Shown piece by piece: positions 27,431 to 37,722 of a stretch of DNA of 64,000 nucleotides. The stretch is taken from positions 98,642,001 to 98,706,000 of the forward strand of contig OZ024743.1 of assembly GCA_964016885.1 (NCBI GenBank), in the 5' to 3' direction. Positions within the stretch are counted from its first letter, which is position 1. Each line of letters begins with the position of its first letter. Source of the DNA: Eledone cirrhosa. Taxonomy: Eukaryota. A program made the translations under genes and the position numbers. The notes beneath the pieces were generated by a model. That model had not been told where the DNA came from. It worked only from the letters and a program-made list of their open reading frames with translations, and did no database searches.

Positions 27431-27886
27431 CATCATCATCATCATCATCTTCGTTTAATGTCCATTTTCCACGCTAGCATGGGTTAGACGGGAGTTGTCC
27501 CACTTGAGGCAAGGCTGGTTGGGTGACCATGTCTCGCTCATATAGGACTATTTGGCAGGTTTTCTATGGCTGGATGCCCTTCCTAACACCAACCACATTT
27601 ACAGAGTAGAACTGGGAACTTTTTACTGTTTTACCTACAAGGCCACATTACAGCGTGGACTGTGTGTGTTTTTTTGTCATGAAACCTACATGATCTCGAT
27701 CTCATTTTGTCGTGCTGTTGGTGGGAGTGGGAGGATAGGGTAGGGGTAGTGGATTGGGGTGTATATTTGGTTAAGAGGTGCCTACTGACTGTAGGTTTTG
27801 CTTTGTACATAGGTAAGGCGGGTCTTCTGTATTACTGCGTCGCGCCAAAGATCTCGGTCCAGAGACACTGTCTTAGAGAGATGTAA
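27430..27886 (-). mobile_element. RTE LINE (family B-like) 3' fragment
   Basis: Reverse complement matches the 3' coding end and UTR of the RTE copies at 36320-36773 and 58860-59330, with an (ATC)n tail on the plus strand. Confidence 0.85.
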
Positions 27887-28414
27887 GTGTGTATATATGT
27901 ATATATATATAATAATAATAATAAAATGTGGAGAAGGAGCACACGAGTTAGGATATATATATATATATGAAAACAGGGAGAAAAAGACGATTATTAGGAA
28001 GAAAAAATTTTTTTTTCCTTTTTTTTTTTTCCTCTTTTTTCTGGGTTAGAAAATGATTAAAAGAAAATATTTTACTTTGTGTGAAGTGTTGAGGTATTAA
28101 TTAATTTATTTATTAATTAACAATGGCATTTATTTATTTATTTATATATTTAATAATTGTCTATTACCGGTTTCAGCATTTTAATATGATAATAATATGT
28201 ATTGGTGTAGAATGGTGGTGTTGAACATGTTAAGGAAATGGTGCAGAAAGAATAATGTTATTTACAAACAAGGTTTATGAAGTGAAAAGAAAAAAGAAAA
28301 AAAAGGGGCGTAATGTGGAGCATAATAGGGTAATGGGAAATAAAAAATAATGTTATTTACAGGCATATTTCTTGAAGATAAGCAGCTGAAAATGTGTTAA
28401 TATAGCATGAGTGC

Positions 28415-28548
28415 GGAGTTGATCCTTTTCATAATATATTTGGTTTTCTAGAGTTGAGAGTACTAGAGTCATGTAGTAATCTGTCCTCATAAGGATTACT
28501 GCACTCCCTTTATCTGCCTCTTTGATTGTTAGGGTTTTGTCATTTTGA
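28415..28548 (-). pseudogene. Inverted N-terminal PLE RT fragment
   Basis: Minus strand reads QNDKTLTIKEADKGSAVILMRTDYYMTLVLSTLENQIYYEK, which contains the PLE RT IxxADKGxxVVxM motif. Confidence 0.8.
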
Positions 28549-30325
28549 AAAGGCCAAACACTACACACTCCCTAATAACCCTTTACAAAGAAGGCCTTAC
28601 CGACAAGGAATACAACTACATCACCAATTTCAAAAGCAGAACCAGCCTCTTCTATGGTATCCCAAAGACACACAAAAGTGAAGTAATAGGCAAGGGCTGC
28701 AAGCAAGCCACAGACATTTACATCAATATACCCCCTCCTGATGACCTTAAATTAAGACCCATAATAGCAGGTACCACTTGTGAAACCCACCGCCTAAGCA
28801 ATTTCCTAGATATTCTGCTTAAACCTTTCCTAAAACACATAAAAAGTTTCATAAGGGACGACCTTGACATGCTCAACCACCTCCCAACAACACTTAATAA
28901 TGAACTTACCCTACTAGTAACCTTTGATGTCATCAATCTATATTCCAATATCCCACACAACCTCGGTGTAGAGGCAATACAATTCTGGCTTGAAAATTTC
29001 CCTAGTGAACTTCCACAGCGCATCCTTAAAGAATTTGTGTTGGAGAGACTCAAATTCATCTTGGAAAACAATTTCTTCGAATTCGATGCCAAATACTACA
29101 GACAGAAATCTGGGACTGCCATGGGCACGAAAGTAGCCCCTCATACGCCAACCTTGTCATGGGATATTTAGAAACCACTCTCTACCGCAAAGTTCTAGAC
29201 AAATACGGCAACCACTTCTACCAACACATAGAAAAGAACTGGAAGAGATATCTGGACGACTGCTTCATCCTCTGGCATGAAAGTATAGATAGACTGATTG
29301 AGTTTAAAACCCTTCTGAATGGACTCAACACAAACTTACACTTCACAATGGATTACAGCCATGAACAACTCCCTTTCCTCGACATCCTCATCAAGAAAAC
29401 AAACAACAAAATAGAAACAGACATATACTACACACCCACAGACTCCAAACAATACCTCCCATTCAACTCGTGCCACCCTTGACATACCAAAATGGCAATT
29501 CCTTATAACCTAGCCAGAACGATCTGCACATTAGTTTCAGATAAATACACATGCTATACATGACTAGAAGAATTAAAAAACACACTTATCAGCAGAAACT
29601 ACCCACTATCCCTAATCAACAATGGATTCCAACGTGCCCTAAAACTCGACATCCAGGAACTCAGACACCCCAAACCCAGGAATGAACCGCAACAGAAAAC
29701 TCTACCATACATCTCCACACACAACCCCCTCAACAATGAGGCATTCGACACCATCCTCCAGAACATTCCTTTACTAAAAAGAGACCCAAGAATAAACAAA
29801 ATCCTCCAAACACACAACATCATAAAGAGCAAAAGACAACCTAAATCCATAAAAAACATCCTCACACAAGCCAAAATCCAACCAACCCTCACAATGAACC
29901 CTACAGTAAAAAAATGCAGAAGGATAAACTGTGGCATATGCATAAATCTAATAGAAGGTTCAACATTCCATTTTAAACAAGGACAACATTTCACAGTTAA
30001 ACACAACTTTACATGTGCATCTGAAAACCTAATCTATGTTTTGACCTGCTCAGGTTGTCAAGAGCACTACATAGGACAGACATAAAACAGTCTCCGACAA
30101 CGTATGACCGTCCATAAATCACAAATCAAAATACAGGAATACAGAAAAATTGCGTTTAGTGAACATATCGCCAATTGTGCACCCAACCAACATCCAAACT
30201 TTAAAATTTCCCCCATTTACAAATTCATAGACAACGCTACTTTCATCCATCGTACCTATAAGGAAACGTATTACATTAACAAATTCCAACCTCTACTTAA
30301 TGCACTAAACTTCGGACTAAACTAA
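28545..30325 (+). pseudogene. PLE reverse transcriptase + Cys-rich linker + GIY-YIG endonuclease, disrupted
   Basis: Motifs: FYGIPKTHK, LRPIIAG, FDVINLYSNIP, YYRQKSGTAMGTKVAP, RYLDDCF, LPFLDI, CRRINCGIC, NLIYVLTCSGCQEHYIGQT. There is a frameshift near 29140 and stops at 29480, 29561 and 30083. Confidence 0.93.
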
Positions 30326-30894
30326 AACTGGAACAAACAATGAACCAAATCAAAATACATGTCTCTCTAAAGAGTTACCTCCCTAACACCCTACCTAATC
30401 CTTTTTCTTATATAAATTAAATACCATCCATCATTTCTCTCCCACCCTGAATTACCTCCCCCTGCATATTAAGTCTCTAAAAAGGGAAATCATATCAAAC
30501 CCCAGACTACTATTTGCCTCCATCATGGATCAACTAAGCACCCTTGCTATATTAACACATTTTGATCTGCTTATCTTCAAGAAATATGCCTGTAAATAAT
30601 ATAATTTTTTCTTTCACATTGCCTTATTATGTTCCACATTATGCTCCTTTTTGTCTTTTTTCTTTTCACTTCATAAACCTTGTTTGTAAATAACATTATT
30701 CTTTCTGCACCATTTCCTTAACATGTTCAACACCACCATTCTACACCAATACATATTATTATCATCTTAAAATGCTGAAACCGGTAATAGACAATTATTA
30801 AATATATAAATAAATAAATAAATGCCATTGTTAATTAATAAATAAATTAACTAATACCTCAACACTTCACACAAAGTAAAATATTTTCTTTTAA

Positions 30895-33800
30895 GGAGAG
30901 TCTGCTAGAGTCCTTGTAGGAAAAAGTCGGTGCTACAAATTTTTCTGGGTGGGAAATGACGATGGGGTGGATGGTGTAGGTATACTACTAGCTGACAAGT
31001 GGGTAGATAAAGTAATCTCAGTGTACAGGGTAAATGCAAGAATCATTAAACTCAGACTAGTCGTGAATAAAACAATTACCACAATAATATCAACTTACGC
31101 ACCCCAATCGGGGCTGTCAGACGAACTTAAGGATAGGTTTTACGAGTCCCTAATGCACTCTACTGCTCTAACAGACGACAATAATTTCCTAATCATCGCA
31201 GGAGATTTTAATGGACACGTAGGTAAACATTGCGACGGCTTCAATAGAGTACATGGAGGCCATGGGGTTGGCACAAGAAATGAGGAAGGATTCAGACTTC
31301 TAGAATTCTGCGACGCCAATGACATGTCGATATGTAACACAAACTTTAAAAAACCCGACAACCACCTGATCACCTATAGATCAGGAGAGCACTCTAGTCA
31401 GATAGATTTTATCCTCATCAGAGGACGTGACAGATGGACGGTCGTAAACACAAAAGCCTTCCCTAGTGAGGAATGTACATCCCAACATAGCTTAGTTGTC
31501 AGCGACCTCACAGTCAGAACTAGACGAACCTGGAAACAGAGGCCAACCTGGAGAAGAAAGATCTGGAAGCTGAAAGACCCCTCAACCAGTAACAGATTTA
31601 AAGATATTTTGCTCAATGCCTACGACAGTAAAGAAGAACAGATAGAGACATTCAATGTAGAAGAGAACTGGGAGTTCCTAAAAAATAACTTACTAGAGGC
31701 GATGGATGAGGTCTGTGGCTGGAGTAAGACCTCAAGCAGGAGGAGAGTGACTTGGTGGTGGAACAATAAGGTAGATGAGGCAGTTAAGGGTAAGAGACAG
31801 GCATGGAAAGAATGGAAGAACGGGGGAAGCAGGGTACATTACATAGAGACCAAGAGGGAAGCTAGGCGACAAGTATACTTAGCTAGGAGGGAAGCAGAGG
31901 ATAGAAAATTCAAGCATGTTTTGCAACGTGAGGACCAGAAACAGGAGGTGTTCAAGATTGCGAGGAAGTGTGTCAGAGAGAATTGTGATGTCATTGGAGA
32001 GAAGTGTATCCGGAATGATAAAGGTGAGCTTGCCCTCACAAGTGCTGAGAAGAAAGATGCATGGAAGAGTCATTATGATAGATTACTAAATGAGGAGAAT
32101 GCATGGGAAGAAGAGACCCTACCCCAAGTAGACCCTATAGAGGGGCCAGCAGTACAATTCAGCAGCAACGTAGTAAGTAAGGCAATCAAAGATATGAAGA
32201 TGGGGAAGGCAACCGGTCCATCGGGTATAGCTGCCGAGATGCTGAAGGCATCTGGATCTGTAGGTCACACTATAACCACATGTATTGTTAACCAGGTAAT
32301 ACTAGAAGGTGTCATACCAAAAGATTGGTGCAGTAGCATCATTGTCAACTGCTACAAAGGTAAAGGTGATGCACTAGATAGAGGAAACTATAGAGGTATA
32401 AAGCTGATGGACCAGGTCATGAAAGTAACAGAAAGAGTTATAGCAAAGTTGATTAGGGACCGGGTGAAACTAGACGAGATGCAATTTGGGTTTGTACCAG
32501 GAAGAGGCACCACTAATGCCCTCTTCCTTGTCAGGCAGTTACAGGAAAAGTACCTAGCTAAAAGTAAGCCACTCTATCTGGCATTTGTCGACCCTGAGAA
32601 AGCCTTTGACAGAGTTCCATGTGCTGTAATCTGGTGGGCTCTCAGAAAACTAGGAGTAGATGAATGGCTTGTGAAAGCGGTACAAGCCATGTATAGGGGA
32701 GCAGTCAGCAAAGTTAGGATTAGCAATAAGTATAGCGAGGAATTTAGCGTACAGGTTGGGGTCCACCAGGGCTCTGTTCTTAGCCCCCTCCTGTTCATCA
32801 TAGTCCTGCAGGCAATAACGGAGGAGTTTAAGACCGGATGCCCATGGGAACTCCTGTATGCTGTTGACATCGCACTTATAACTGAATCTATGGTAGAACT
32901 AGAGAAGAAATTCCAAACTTGGAAGCAGGGACTAGAAAGAAAGGGTCTCAAAGTCAACATGACAAAGACTAAGGTCCTTGTAAGTAGGCGAGAAAACAGA
33001 ACCCAGATCCCCTCAGGGAAATGGCCTTGCTCAGTATGTAGGAAAGGTGTAGGTAGGAACTCCATTCTCTGCCCTAAATGCAAACAATCGGTACACAAGA
33101 GATGTAGCGGGATCTCAGGAAGCTTAATTAAGAATGTAGGCTTCACATGCAGCAGCTGTGCTAGGACAGCAAGCAGCAAACAGCCACAGGAAACAAGTAC
33201 CACCAATCTCTGGGAGGGCTCTGTAGAAACAGTAGACAGCTTCTGCTACCTAGGTGACCTAATTAGCAGCGGAGGTGGGTGTTCAGAAAGTACAATAACT
33301 AGGGTAAGAACGGGATGGAAGAAGTTTAGGGAACTACTACCACTGCTAGCTGCAAAAGGCTTCTCCCTCAAAATGAAAGGCAGACTGTATGATGCATATA
33401 TCCGAACAGTGATGTTACATGGTAGTGAGACCTGGGCGCAGAAGGTGGAAGAATTACGTAGATTAGAGAGAAACAAAGCCTGCATGCTCCGATGGATGTG
33501 TAATAGTAATATACGCGAACGACAAAGCATAAATGAATTGAGAGAGAGACTGAGCATAAGAGGAATCAAATGCTGTGTGCAGGAGAGGCGGCTGCGTTGG
33601 TATGACAGCTGCATAAAAAGGTGCAGAGCACTAGAAGTCGATGGAAACCGCGGAGTGGGGAGACCTAAGATGACCTGGGATGAGGTGATAAAAGCCGACC
33701 TTACCCAATTACACCTCTCAAAGGCGATGACACACGATCATGACCTCTGGCGTCACGCAGTAATACAGAGTACCCGACCTCCCATGGGTACAAGCTGAAG

Positions 33801-34094
33801 CATATAGACAATATGCCCCCACACCCTCCCACTGCAAGGTGGTCGTGGAGGTGCCACAGCAAAAAAAGCACCCAGCCCACACTGTAAAGTGGACGTGTAG
33901 GCGCCACGAAAAAGCACCCAGCACTCACTGTAAATGAGGTTGGTGTTAGGAAGGGCATCCAGCTGTAGAAATCAAGCCAAATCAGTTCCTGTATGAGCAA
34001 GGCATGGTCAGCCGACCAGACACTGCCCACAACAGGACAACCCGTCTAACCCATGCTAGCGTGGAAGAACGGACGTAAAACGGTGATGATGATG
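30895..34094 (+). mobile_element. RTE-clade LINE, family A, 5'-truncated within the APE domain
   Basis: Single long APE-RT ORF, 3'UTR and (GAT)n tail. It splits the PLE pseudo-LTR at TTTTAA|TCATTT. Confidence 0.93.
30949..33798 (+). CDS. RTE polyprotein (APE endonuclease, RT, PHD-like Cys cluster); open frame but probably inactive
   Basis: 949-aa ORF with IAGDFNGH, QIDFIL, QFGFVPGRGT, GVHQGSVLSPLLF. The catalytic YADD reads YAVD, and an 8-aa segment (GHVMRMKD in the other copies) is missing after RLRWY. No true start codon. Confidence 0.8.
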   Translation: MGNDDGVDGVGILLADKWVDKVISVYRVNARIIKLRLVVNKTITTIISTYAPQSGLSDELKDRFYESLMHSTALTDDNNFLIIAGDFNGHVGKHCDGFNRVHGGHGVGTRNEEGFRLLEFCDANDMSICNTNFKKPDNHLITYRSGEHSSQIDFILIRGRDRWTVVNTKAFPSEECTSQHSLVVSDLTVRTRRTWKQRPTWRRKIWKLKDPSTSNRFKDILLNAYDSKEEQIETFNVEENWEFLKNNLLEAMDEVCGWSKTSSRRRVTWWWNNKVDEAVKGKRQAWKEWKNGGSRVHYIETKREARRQVYLARREAEDRKFKHVLQREDQKQEVFKIARKCVRENCDVIGEKCIRNDKGELALTSAEKKDAWKSHYDRLLNEENAWEEETLPQVDPIEGPAVQFSSNVVSKAIKDMKMGKATGPSGIAAEMLKASGSVGHTITTCIVNQVILEGVIPKDWCSSIIVNCYKGKGDALDRGNYRGIKLMDQVMKVTERVIAKLIRDRVKLDEMQFGFVPGRGTTNALFLVRQLQEKYLAKSKPLYLAFVDPEKAFDRVPCAVIWWALRKLGVDEWLVKAVQAMYRGAVSKVRISNKYSEEFSVQVGVHQGSVLSPLLFIIVLQAITEEFKTGCPWELLYAVDIALITESMVELEKKFQTWKQGLERKGLKVNMTKTKVLVSRRENRTQIPSGKWPCSVCRKGVGRNSILCPKCKQSVHKRCSGISGSLIKNVGFTCSSCARTASSKQPQETSTTNLWEGSVETVDSFCYLGDLISSGGGCSESTITRVRTGWKKFRELLPLLAAKGFSLKMKGRLYDAYIRTVMLHGSETWAQKVEELRRLERNKACMLRWMCNSNIRERQSINELRERLSIRGIKCCVQERRLRWYDSCIKRCRALEVDGNRGVGRPKMTWDEVIKADLTQLHLSKAMTHDHDLWRHAVIQSTRPPMGTS

Positions 34095-34384
34095 AATCAT
34101 TTCCTAACCCCAAAAAAGAGAAAAAAATAAAAAGGAAAAAAAAAATTTTTCTTCTTAATAATCATCTTTTTCTGCCTGTTTTCATATATATATATATATA
34201 TGTATAAATAAATTTCAAAAGTCAATAATGGAGTAACTGAACTGATAATATGTTTTTTCTCCACAATTGACGAAATACTCTAGCCTCTTTAAAACAACCG
34301 TAGATGAATAAATAAATAATAATAATAATAATCCTTAGTCTTATTGAATTTTGAATTATAAATTCTCTGCTACTATAACTGTTT

Positions 34385-34452
34385 GTTCCTGAAGAATGAA
34401 GGGTAAAAATATGTATTGAGCTTAACTCATCTTACCAATGAAAATAGTGAAC
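34385..34452 (+). ncRNA. Degenerate type-I hammerhead ribozyme motif (PLE remnant)
   Basis: GTTC-CTGAAGA-[GGTAA...TTACC stem II]-GAAA-ATAGT-GAAC. Stem I pairs, but stem III and the cleavage site are eroded. Confidence 0.4.
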
Positions 34453-34466
34453 TATTACACTATAAC

Positions 34467-34506
<40 letters not shown>

Positions 34507-34513
<7 letters not shown>

Positions 34514-34908
34514 GTTTGAATTTGTAAAGCCAAAACAATGCAGGTATGGACATAGAATAAAAAATGCAAATGCAAAAGATATTGTTGACAATTAGTCTTT
34601 TACCTTAGATTTATTTAAATGCCCTTAATTTTCGAGATAATATCTCTTCTTCGGAGGGAAGTAAAGTGGTTAAACCAGTGTTCTAAATTTAGAACACTGG
34701 TTTAACCGCTTTACTTCCCTCCGAAGAAGAGATATTATCTCGAAAATTAAGGGCATTTAAATAAATCTAAGGTAAAAGACTAATTGTCAACAATATCTTT
34801 TGCATTTGCATTTTTTATTCTATGTCCATACCTGCATTGTTTTGGCTTTACAAATTCAAACGTTTATACCTCATTACACAATGCTTCAAGTGAACTATAA
34901 TTTCCTCC
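34507..34908. mobile_element. 362-bp near-perfect palindrome plus a 40-bp unpaired tail (PLE pseudo-LTR remnant) in (TA)n
   Basis: Arms of 181 bp, centre at AAA|TTT 34687/34688, no spacer, one mismatch seen. The tail runs 34869-34908. Confidence 0.85.
34717..34753 (+). ncRNA. Minimal type-I hammerhead ribozyme motif, mirrored on the minus strand at 34622-34658
   Basis: CCCT-CCGAAGA-A-GAGAT/ATT/ATCTC-GAAA-AT-TA-AGGG. Stem I is CCCT/AGGG, stem II is GAGAT/ATCTC, and a palindromic AATT replaces stem III. Confidence 0.65.
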
Positions 34909-34921
34909 TATATATATATAT

Positions 34922-35712
34922 AAGAAAGTAAGTCCATAGAATCATTTGATAAAATATATACAGTATTTCTTCTCCCAATCAGCATAATCAACCACATAAA
35001 AAAATCATTTAAACGAGGTTATAAGTTTAAAATGTACCTATGAAGAAATAATAGATAAATAAATGATAGCTTTCCATTCGCGATCAACAGCAACAGATTT
35101 AGTATTTCTGAAAGCCTATAGAAATTGACTAGACATATAGTTAACCATACATAATTAGGTACAAAATCAAAGTTAGAAGAAAAAAATGTACATAAACATA
35201 CCAAAATCATATCTCTACCTCCGAGGATTTCATTTGCTTTTTGGAAATATCCGATCATCGATTAATTAATGAGTTTCGAAATCATCAGGAGACAAACTCA
35301 ATTGGACAAAGATTTTTCTTAAATGATCCCCGCCAGAAACAAATTCAAAATGGCTAAGAATTGTCACATAGCCAGTGGTCAAGTCAGAAAGCTTGTGATT
35401 GGTGCCTGACAGCGAGTAGGCTGGTTGCTAGAAAGCACAGCCGAATACTGCCTAAAGTTTTACTCAACCTTACGGGAGTATATAAGATATAGAAGTTTAA
35501 TACACATAAACTAGACAGAGCCATAGATATATATATATATATGTTTTTGGCAACCATTTGATTTTGTATCTAATTATGTATGGTTAACTATATGTCTAGT
35601 CAATTTCTACAGGATATCAGAAATACTAGGTAAATCTTCTGTGGCTGTTGATCGCAAATGGAAAGCTATCATTTATTTATCTATTATTTCTTCATAGGTA
35701 CATTTTAAATGA
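34922..35712. mobile_element. Element with ~150-bp inverted repeats (35027-35172 / 35556-35709), unclassified, possibly PLE-derived
   Basis: The arms are diverged reverse complements, with an extra unpaired segment on the left and (TA)n flanks. Confidence 0.55.
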
Positions 35713-35726
35713 TTATATATATATAG

Positions 35727-36773
35727 ATTTTATATGTGGCCGGTGCTCTGGTGCAATAAGTAGCAGCAAGTGCCCACAGAATACTAGCTCATTCCATTGG
35801 ACAGATGGTTCTATAGAAATAGTGGACAGCTTCCGTTACCTGGGTGACAAAATCAGCAGTGGGGGAGGGTGCTCTGAAAATACAGTAGCTAGAGTCAGAA
35901 CGGGATGGAAAAAGTTCAGAGAGCTTATACCACTATTGGCCGCTAAAGGGTTCTCTCTAAAAATGAAAGGCAGGCTGTATGATGCCTGCATACGAACAGC
36001 AATGTTACATGGCAGTGAGACCTGGGCATTGTGTGCAGAGGATATACGCAGACTGGAGAGAAACGAAGCTTGCATTCTCCGCTGGATGTGTAATAGTAAT
36101 ATACGTGAACGGCAAAGCATAAACGAACTAAGGGAGAAATTAGGAATAAGAGGGATTAGATGTTGTTTACTCAAGAGAAGACTACGTTGGTATGGTCACG
36201 TGATGCGCATGAAAGACGACAGCTGTATAAAAAAGTGCAGGGCGATAAAAATAGACGGTAGCCACAGAGTAGGCAGACCCAGAAAAACCTGGGACGACTT
36301 GATAAATTCCGACCTCACACACTTGCACCTCTCCAAGACAATGTCACTGGACCGAGATCTTTGGCGCTACACAGTTATACTGAAGACCCGTCTTGCCTAA
36401 GTACAAAGCGAAACCTACAGTCAGTAGGCACCTCTAACAAAATAAACCCCCGTCCCACTACCCCCACCCCATTCACACCACCCCCTTAAATGTGAAGTTA
36501 TGTTGGTACCACAACATCCACTCCGAAACAAATGAGGTTGTGTAGGTGTCACGACAAAAAACACACAGTCCACGCTGTAATGTGGCCGTGTAGGTAACAT
36601 GGTAAAAACCTCCCAGTACACACTGTAAACATGGTTGGTGTTAGGAAGGGCATCTAACCGTAGAAAACCCGCCAGACAGTCCTGAGTAAGACAACCAATC
36701 TTGCCTCAAGTGGGACAATTCCCGTCCAGACCCATGCTAGCGCGGAAAATGAACGTTAAACGATGATGATGAT
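35727..36773 (+). mobile_element. RTE LINE family B, 5'-truncated
   Basis: Encodes VDSFRYLGD...MLHGSETW...RLRWYGHVMRM...GRPRKTW, followed by a 3'UTR and (GAT)n tail. It is highly similar to 58860-59880 on the minus strand. Confidence 0.92.
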
Positions 36774-36804
36774 AATATATATATATATATATATGGAGGC
36801 AGAT

Positions 36805-37139
36805 GGAGGCACATGGCTTAGTGGTTAGAGCATTGGCCTTGCAATCGAAAGGTTGTGAGTTCAATTCTCAGACTGGGTGATGTGTTGTTTCCTTGAGCAA
36901 GACACTTTATTTCACATTGCTCCAGTTTACTCAGCTGTAGAAATGAGATGATAGTGCCTGGGGTCCATATCATTCCACTGCAAAGTGGTTGTGTAGGTGC
37001 CACGGCAAAAAAAGCCAGCACTCACTGTAAATGAGGTTGGTGTTAGGAAGGGCATCCAGCTGTAGAAATCAAGCCAAAATCAGTTCCCGTCCCACCTTTG
37101 CAAGCAGGGAAAAAGCGGACGTAAAAATGAAATGATGAT
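36805..37139 (+). mobile_element. tRNA-derived SINE family 1
   Basis: Same A box, B box, CORE-like middle and RTE tail as 25360-25701. Confidence 0.87.
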
Positions 37140-37380
37140 ATATATGAAAATAGGGCAACAAGTGAATATGGTGCCACACCACTATGTCAGAATTTGTGGT
37201 AGAATATGAGAAGGAATCAAGATAATATTCAACCACTCTCAGACATGAGTCTACATGTTAAAACATATCTGATTGACTTCCAATTCCAGAGTCAGGTTCG
37301 ATCATTAATAGATTGTTCCTCGAGCTGATTGACAGTGAAACATATGATGCAATACTGATTCTTTATTCCTTTATATCATT

Positions 37381-37722
37381 TCATCATCATTTCATTTTAC
37401 ATCTGCTTTTTCCCTGCTTGCAAGGGTGGGACGGGAACTGATTCTGGCTTGATTTCTACAGCTGGATGCCCTTCCTAACACCAACCTCATTTACAGTGAG
37501 TGCTGGGTGCTTTTTTGCCGTGGCACCTACATGTCTACTTTGCAACGGAATGATAGGGACCCCAGTCCTATCATCTCATTTCTACAGCTGAGTAAACTGG
37601 AGCAATGTGAAATAAAGTGTCTTGCTCTGCTCAAGGAAACAACACATCACCTGGTCTGAGACTTGAACTCACAACCATTCGATTGCAAGGCCAATGCTCT
37701 AACCACTAAGCCATGTGCCTCC
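37381..37722 (-). mobile_element. tRNA-derived SINE family 1
   Basis: Reverse complement of the copy at 36805-37139. Confidence 0.87.

Larger units (their letters stand above)
27969..34184 (+). mobile_element. Penelope-like element (Neptune-type) with inverted pseudo-LTR, inserted in (TA)n; the right arm is split by an RTE LINE
   Basis: 27969-28414 is the reverse complement of 30538-30894 joined to 34095-34184. An RT plus GIY-YIG coding region lies between them, and (TA)n flanks both ends. Confidence 0.88.

Noticed and set aside
29480-29563. In-frame TGA codons as selenocysteine in the PLE ORF
   Set aside because: Both fall where Arg is expected (HP-R-HTK, R-LEEL), consistent with CGA-to-TGA decay. 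The ORF also has a frameshift and a TAA.
35648-36400. 250-aa host gene
   Set aside because: It is a chance fusion of an inverted-repeat arm and (TA)n to a truncated RTE C-terminus.
36805-36880. tRNA gene
   Set aside because: The A and B boxes are present, but the sequence continues into a SINE body and recurs as dispersed copies. It is a SINE head.
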